Positions 58,356 to 64,000 of a stretch of DNA of 64,000 nucleotides are shown piece by piece. Under the pieces are notes generated by a model. The model had not been told where the DNA came from and did no database searches. It was given only the letters and a program-made list of their open reading frames with translations. This DNA is from Chrysomallon squamiferum (taxonomy: Eukaryota; Animalia; Mollusca): the NCBI GenBank assembly GCA_012295275.1, contig CM022674.1, positions 5,084,001 through 5,148,000 on the forward strand. The letters run 5' to 3'. Each line of letters starts with the position of its first letter. Position 1 is the stretch's first letter. A program made the position numbers and the translations under genes.

Positions 58356-58540
58356 GAGAAAAGCCGTACAAGTGCGCCATCGATGGATGTGACCGGGCGT
58401 TTGCGCAGCTGTCGAACCTGCACCATCACCTGCGTAACCACGACGACCAGGTGAAAAAGGCGGAGACGCGACTGTACAAGTGTGTGATTTGTCATCGAAG
58501 CTACACAAACGACAGCAGTTTAAAAACACACACGTTGAAG
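58356..58540 (+). CDS. C2H2 ZF gene exon C (missed by the ORF track on the + strand)
   Basis: Acceptor ttgttaaatag, phase 1: GEKPYKCAIDGCDRAFAQLSNLHHHLRNHDDQVKKAETRLYKCVICHRSYTNDSSLKTHTLK; donor AAG|GTGAGC. It completes the TGEKPY linker with exon A or B. Confidence 0.95.
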
Positions 58541-58949
58541 GTGAGCACAAGATTAATTAGTTAATTAATTAATTAATTAGTATTTTTGTTCTGCAGCCCT
58601 ATCAAATTTGAAAATTTGAATCATAATTATATTTTAATTTTTATTATTATTATATTATCAAATTTTACTTTGTAACAATATGAGAAAGGATTTTTTTTTT
58701 TCATAGTTACATCCCTTTCTCTTTGGAATAAAATAAAAAATTGCTGTAGTGGCATTTATAACAAAATGATCAACAAAGCAGTATTATAAGCAAGGAATCT
58801 AGCTATCTATCTATCTATCTATCTGTCTATCTATCTATCTATCTATCTGTAAGCATAACAATATATCACTATTTATCTCTATCTATCTACATATCTAGCT
58901 ATCTAGCTGTCTTTCTATATATATATCTCTCTCTACCTGTCTATCTACA

Positions 58950-59011
<62 letters not shown>

Positions 59012-59084
59012 GCTGCATATGCATTTACAATTAATATATAAAATAAATATGTATAAATAATTCAAATTATAATGATCCTTCTAA

Positions 59085-60703
59085 ATCATAATTCACCCAA
59101 AAGCCAAAAGGTTTTGTTTTCTTTCTTTTTTCTTCTTTTTTTTTTTTTGATCTTGGGTATTTTTAAACATTCATTCTTTCATTCTAAATCTTAAAAATGA
59201 TGACTTTCATAATTCCACTACAGCAATTTTTACCAACTACAAACTCCGTCTTTTATTTGTTTGAAATGAGGAAATTTTAGTATCTGAATTTCTTTTTGTG
59301 TGTGACTTTTACTCACCTTGTAGACTAAACATAACCACTTACAACAGAATTTTTGATGTGTAATATATCATGTTTGCATTCGAAGCTGCTGGCCCTCAGA
59401 TGTTATTGTTGTCTGTTATTTTCACTGCAGCAGAAAGTTTCAGAATTTGCTCATTAGACAGCAACAGTCATCAGCGAAGCAGTTAATATGACTCTTCGTA
59501 GTAACTAGAAATGAAAAAAAATGGACGAATAATTTAGTAATAACTCCCGAGTATTTTTTTTTATATATTAAATGTTACGGCTTTAGCATATGGATGATAA
59601 GAAGATTATCCTGTGCCAATAATCCTGTTCCACTAATCCTATGCCACTAATCCTTAACCTGAATTCTTAGCCCAAATAGAATCTTCTGTGTGCATCTTCA
59701 TAACAGAAATAATAATAATTGAATGATGATGTCTTGGAGGATGTTTAATGACATCTTGCAGACTCTTAATGGATGTTGGATGATATGTTTTTATTATAAT
59801 TATAACAGTGAGGAAATCCATTTGTTCATTTTCTAGTGACATCTTCTTAAAATAGTCATAAAAGTGAGTTTGCTTACTTGCTGCTTCTGATGAGAAGAGT
59901 TGAAAAGAAAAATGTATAAACCAGTGAATAATTAATTAATCAATCATCAGGCTTGTTATCATTGTGGACATCCTTCTGTTGGTGTTTATTATAAAAATTG
60001 AATGTAACACTAATTTTTGATATCAAAATACATAAATGTTTTAAATAATGGTTGATGGGTACAAGTAAAATAGAGTGGTTTGTTTTAATGTTAATTTAAA
60101 AAAAAAAAATAAATAAATAAAAAACTGCATACAGGAACATATTTGGGGGATTATTAAATATATATATAATAAATATATTGGAGTAGAGTAATATATTTGT
60201 TTACCAAAGACAGGTGCTATCTTTTCTCAAATTACTACAGTCCGAATAAAGTATAAACAAACTTTTATATTTCAGTAATATTCTGCAGCTTTTCCCCCAA
60301 GTGCTATTTTTTACATTTCTTACATGTAATGATTTCGCCTTTTTTTGTTGTTTTTTTGTTTTTATTTATATATATATATATATAAATTCATCCATAAGCT
60401 AAAAAAGTTTTTTTTTTTTTTTTCTTTTTTTTTCTTTTCTTTTTGTTTTGAGCTTCGGTATTGTTAAACATTCATTCTTTCATTCTAAATCTTAATATTG
60501 ATCAATTTTACAATTCCACAACAGCAATTTTTACCAGCTACAAACTGCTACTTTTATTTGTTTGAAATGAGGAAATTTTAGCATCTGAAATGCTTTTTTG
60601 TGTGACTCTTACTCACCTTGTAGACAAAACATAACCACTTACAACAGAATTTTTTACGTGTAATATATCATGTTTTCATTCGAAGCTGCTAGCCCTCAGA
60701 TGT
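59085..60703. repeat. Local direct duplication of ~240-320 bp (59085/59164..59403 vs 60384/60465..60703) in the last intron
   Basis: TAAACATTCATTCTTTCATTCTAAATCTT...GCCCTCAGATGT is present twice with scattered substitutions. Confidence 0.9.
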
Positions 60704-60822
60704 GTGTGTATATATATATATATATTATACCTGAAATATAATTTTTTATACACACACACACACACACATATATATATTATCTTTTCTAATTTTAATTTTT
60801 ATTTATTTTTATTTATTTTCAG

Positions 60823-61806
60823 ATGCACATCCACATAAAGCCCATTGACATCCTGGCTGAGATGAACCGAGGCGGGCAGCCACGCCCGGACAAACAGAAG
60901 TTCTTCGGCAACTCAACCCTCCAGTCCGACCCGGGGGCCGCTGAATCCCTGCTCCTCCCCCAGGTGCTCGGCCTGCAGAAGACGGGGGGCGGGCTGGGGG
61001 ACTTCCAGCCGGGCCGCATGTCGCAGGTGTCCAGCCTCGACCGCGGCATCGTGCGCGTGCCCAGCGTCAGCGCGTGCCAGAAGGTGATCCGCGAGGAGTG
61101 CATCGAGCTCGATGAGAACGGCGACGTCATCAACGTCACCGTCGACCACCGGAAGCTGTCGCACGGCGCCGGCGACATCGTCCAGAACCACCACCACAAC
61201 AACAGCAGCGGCGGCAGCAGCAGCAGCAACAACAAGAACTGCGACAGCCAGTCGGCGAACGACAAGGGAGGCAACGGCGTCGCGATGCGGTCGAGCATCA
61301 TGTCATCACCCGTCGCGTCGCCGCCGGTCGCGTCGTCGCGCGAGAACCACCTCTCGCAGCTGCAGCATCAACAACAGCAGCAGCAGCAGCAGCAGCACGG
61401 AGGCGTCCAGTCGTCCCCGCCCGACAACAAAGGGATGAGGTCGCACCCGCACTCGACATCGTCTTCGGCAATGACGTCATCGGTCGGAGGCCTCCACGGC
61501 ACCGACAGCATCGCGACGTCGTCGCAGAACAGCCGCTTCACGTACCTCGACCAGCACGGGGTCGTTCCTGAGTCCTACCTGATGTCGATGGACGCCACGC
61601 TGAGGAGGAACGCTTTTCCCATTCCGCTCGGCAGGGGCTCGGTCGGCATGGAGCACCTCCCGACTGTCTCCTCTCACCAGCCCCTCGACGGGCACGACTT
61701 CTACGGGGCCCACCTGCCCCGCCTTCCTCTGACGAGTCACATGCATCTGTCGAGCGCCTCGGCCAGGATGGTTGAGTCGAGGACCTTCACGACGCTTGGG
61801 AATTGA
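60823..61806 (+). CDS. C2H2 ZF gene terminal exon D: last His of the final finger plus a long low-complexity S/Q/H-rich tail
   Basis: Acceptor atttattttcag|ATG, phase 0, giving HTLK|MH; 327 open codons with strong GC3 bias; TGA at 61804..61806. Confidence 0.9.
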   Translation: MHIHIKPIDILAEMNRGGQPRPDKQKFFGNSTLQSDPGAAESLLLPQVLGLQKTGGGLGDFQPGRMSQVSSLDRGIVRVPSVSACQKVIREECIELDENGDVINVTVDHRKLSHGAGDIVQNHHHNNSSGGSSSSNNKNCDSQSANDKGGNGVAMRSSIMSSPVASPPVASSRENHLSQLQHQQQQQQQQQHGGVQSSPPDNKGMRSHPHSTSSSAMTSSVGGLHGTDSIATSSQNSRFTYLDQHGVVPESYLMSMDATLRRNAFPIPLGRGSVGMEHLPTVSSHQPLDGHDFYGAHLPRLPLTSHMHLSSASARMVESRTFTTLGN

Positions 61807-63769
61807 CTATTTGAAAGAGATTTCATGTAACAGTGAGAAATGGAGAATAATGATGGAAAAGAAAGAAAAAAAATGTTGGTTTTTTTTTTTATCAAAATTG
61901 TGGAAGCGCAAAAAAAAAAGTTTAAAAGGCTTTTGGAGAATTGACTTGACGAGGAAGAATTTGTTTTAGAAAAAAAAAGTTTTTTTAAAAAAAGATTAAA
62001 TTGTGAGTTGTGTAGAATACAAGTATCAGATAAATATTAAATTTATAATAATAATAAGAAGAAGAAAATGATATCTTTTTTTTGAGAAAAAAATTTCAAA
62101 CATTTTTCATAAAGTTGATTAAAAGAAATTGCAGTTTTTTAAAAACTAATTACTATAATATAAACATTTTTTTGTTATATAAATTTTAATAATAATAATA
62201 ATAATCACTAAATAATAATCAATCAATCAATCAATGAAATCATTTTCAAATGAAGCCAAGCTAAGATTTAAACTTTTTAAAAACTTCACAAAAGTCAACA
62301 CGGACTTCCAAACATTACACAAGATTTTTGTCTTTTTTTTTTTTTCTTTCTTTAAAACAAAAGACAGGACTTCTGATTCAAATGTGCTAACTCCAAAGCC
62401 TTTTTATTTGCATTTCTTTGAGATTTCAAGAATCCAGTGTGAAATTTGAGACCTGCGGTATACTATACCGTACATTTGGCACATACAGTTGTTCTAGTTT
62501 GCCTGCCAAAGCCCAAGAAGGAGAGGAATCTGTTGTGACTGTAACGAGTCAGTTTTTAGCAGAATATATGGTGTAAAAAAACAAACAGGCCAGGTTTTCC
62601 TTTTATCATAGTAGTTAATAACTTAAAAGGGCCAGAATTGGCTAAAGGATCTTTTAAAAAAAAAAAAAAAAAATGGACTAAACAAAACAACAAAAACAAA
62701 AATAATAAATCAGCCAAATGGTCTTTTGCAAACATTGGTGAAAAAGCCCAAACTGGCAAAGTGGTCCATTACAGACACAGCATTTTTTTGTTGTCGTTGT
62801 GAAACATTAGAAATGCACCCAGACTTTGCTTAGTGGTTTACGGTAAAACATTATTTCTGGCTGTGTGTTGTCTAATTGTAAATAATCTTGGACATGTCGT
62901 CTGATTGTAAATACTTTGGACACACTGTCTGCCATGAAAAAAAGAAAACAACAAAAAAAAAAACATCATCACAAACAGTCCATATGCTGTCGACTGCTGT
63001 GGACTTCTGCTGTTCAAAACAAACTTCACCTTATTATTTTTTTTTTAGTTTACAGTGTTTACGCTATACATTGTGTTTACACAGACAGAAGTGTGTCTAA
63101 ACAGAAAGTGTGACTACTATAGCTGACCACTGTGAAGTGACTCTGCATGCCTTCATCAGATGACTATGAAATGACTTGTCTACTACACCCCCCACGTATG
63201 GGGTGACTATGGAATGACTTATATCGACATCCCCTGTTAAAGGGTGACTGCGAAACGACCTAATTACATCCCTTGAAAATGGTGACTGTTAAATTCACTT
63301 TCGTTGGGTGACTGTTACCGAGTGACTGTCACCTGCAGGTTTACACTGGTACAGAACGAAATTTGAGTACTAGGACAGTCCCTTTTGATATTGCAAACAA
63401 GTGACAAAAAAAAAAATTAAATAATAAATAATAACAATAACATGAGAATATGATGCATTTCATTTGAATCAACCAGTTAGAAACAAGATGTTTCTCTGTC
63501 ATTGACATTTTGCCATGTTTATGATGTTTTATCTGCTGCTAATGTTAAAGATACTGAAATGAGATCATCATTGTTATTAAAGGAGTGTCGGTACTGGACA
63601 AGGAAAGAAGAAGAAAATAATGAATTTCAATATATTGTTGAAGAAGATACAGGCTCCCCACTATTTTGGGCTGTCGAGCCTGGTATAAGTTGAATACTGA
63701 AATGAGTCGTTTTCATCATGAAATGAAATAAAATTGTATAAAGAATACTAAAAAAAAAAAGAATTAATG

Positions 63770-64000
63770 TAAATTAAATGAAATGAATTTTATTTATTTA
63801 CATCTAAAATTGAAATCGGTTTATATCAAGAACTGAAATGAATATTGTTTACATCAGGAGTTGAAATGAGATTGTTTACATCTGGAACTGAAATGAGTTG
63901 CATTGTTTACACCAAGAACTGAAATGAGTTATATTGTTTACATCAGGAACTGAAATGAGTTACGTTATTACATCAAGAATTCAAATGAGTTGTATTTACA
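63770..64000. repeat. 27-31-bp minisatellite (GAACTGAAATGAGTT...TTGTTTACATCAG), truncated by window end
   Basis: ACTGAAATG at 63887, 63918 and 63949 shows a 31-bp period. Confidence 0.85.

Noticed and set aside
60819-61746. Overlapping and antisense ORFs across exon D, and minus-strand ORFs at 58278..58550, 1295..1480 and 2712..2936
   Set aside because: Shadow ORFs of real coding exons, favoured by high GC3.
62456-63335. CGGTATACTATACCG palindrome and clustered GGTGACT motifs downstream of the ZF gene
   Set aside because: Probably decayed repeat or MITE fragments; no termini or unit could be defined confidently.

Overview
Eukaryotic, very AT-rich, microsatellite-dense animal DNA. The style looks mollusc/cephalopod-like, but the species cannot be determined from the sequence. 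Two spliced + strand genes can be rebuilt by hand. (1) The last 10 coding exons of a U-box E4 ubiquitin ligase UBE4B/Ufd2 (1..10837), with all junctions GT-AG and phase-consistent. (2) A C2H2 zinc-finger transcription factor of the LIN-29/rotund/ZNF362/ZNF384 type. It has a probable first coding exon in a CpG-rich promoter (18392..18432), a ~28 kb intron, then exons at 46741..47135, 54789..54965, 58356..58540 and 60823..61806. The most interesting feature is that the first finger pair is encoded twice. The second copy is a 177-nt symmetric phase 1-1 exon with many synonymous changes and intact zinc ligands, predicting a 4- versus 6-finger switch. It is bracketed by two copies of the self-complementary 12-mer GGGGTGCACCCC, which could loop it out of the pre-mRNA. 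Other features are candidate alternative N-termini, RFX X-box motifs, very long poly(dA:dT) tracts, a decayed Tc1 element, a MITE, several minisatellites and a possible spliced antisense unit in the last intron. Most ORFs in the supplied track are microsatellite artefacts. All models are from manual reading and need transcript evidence.
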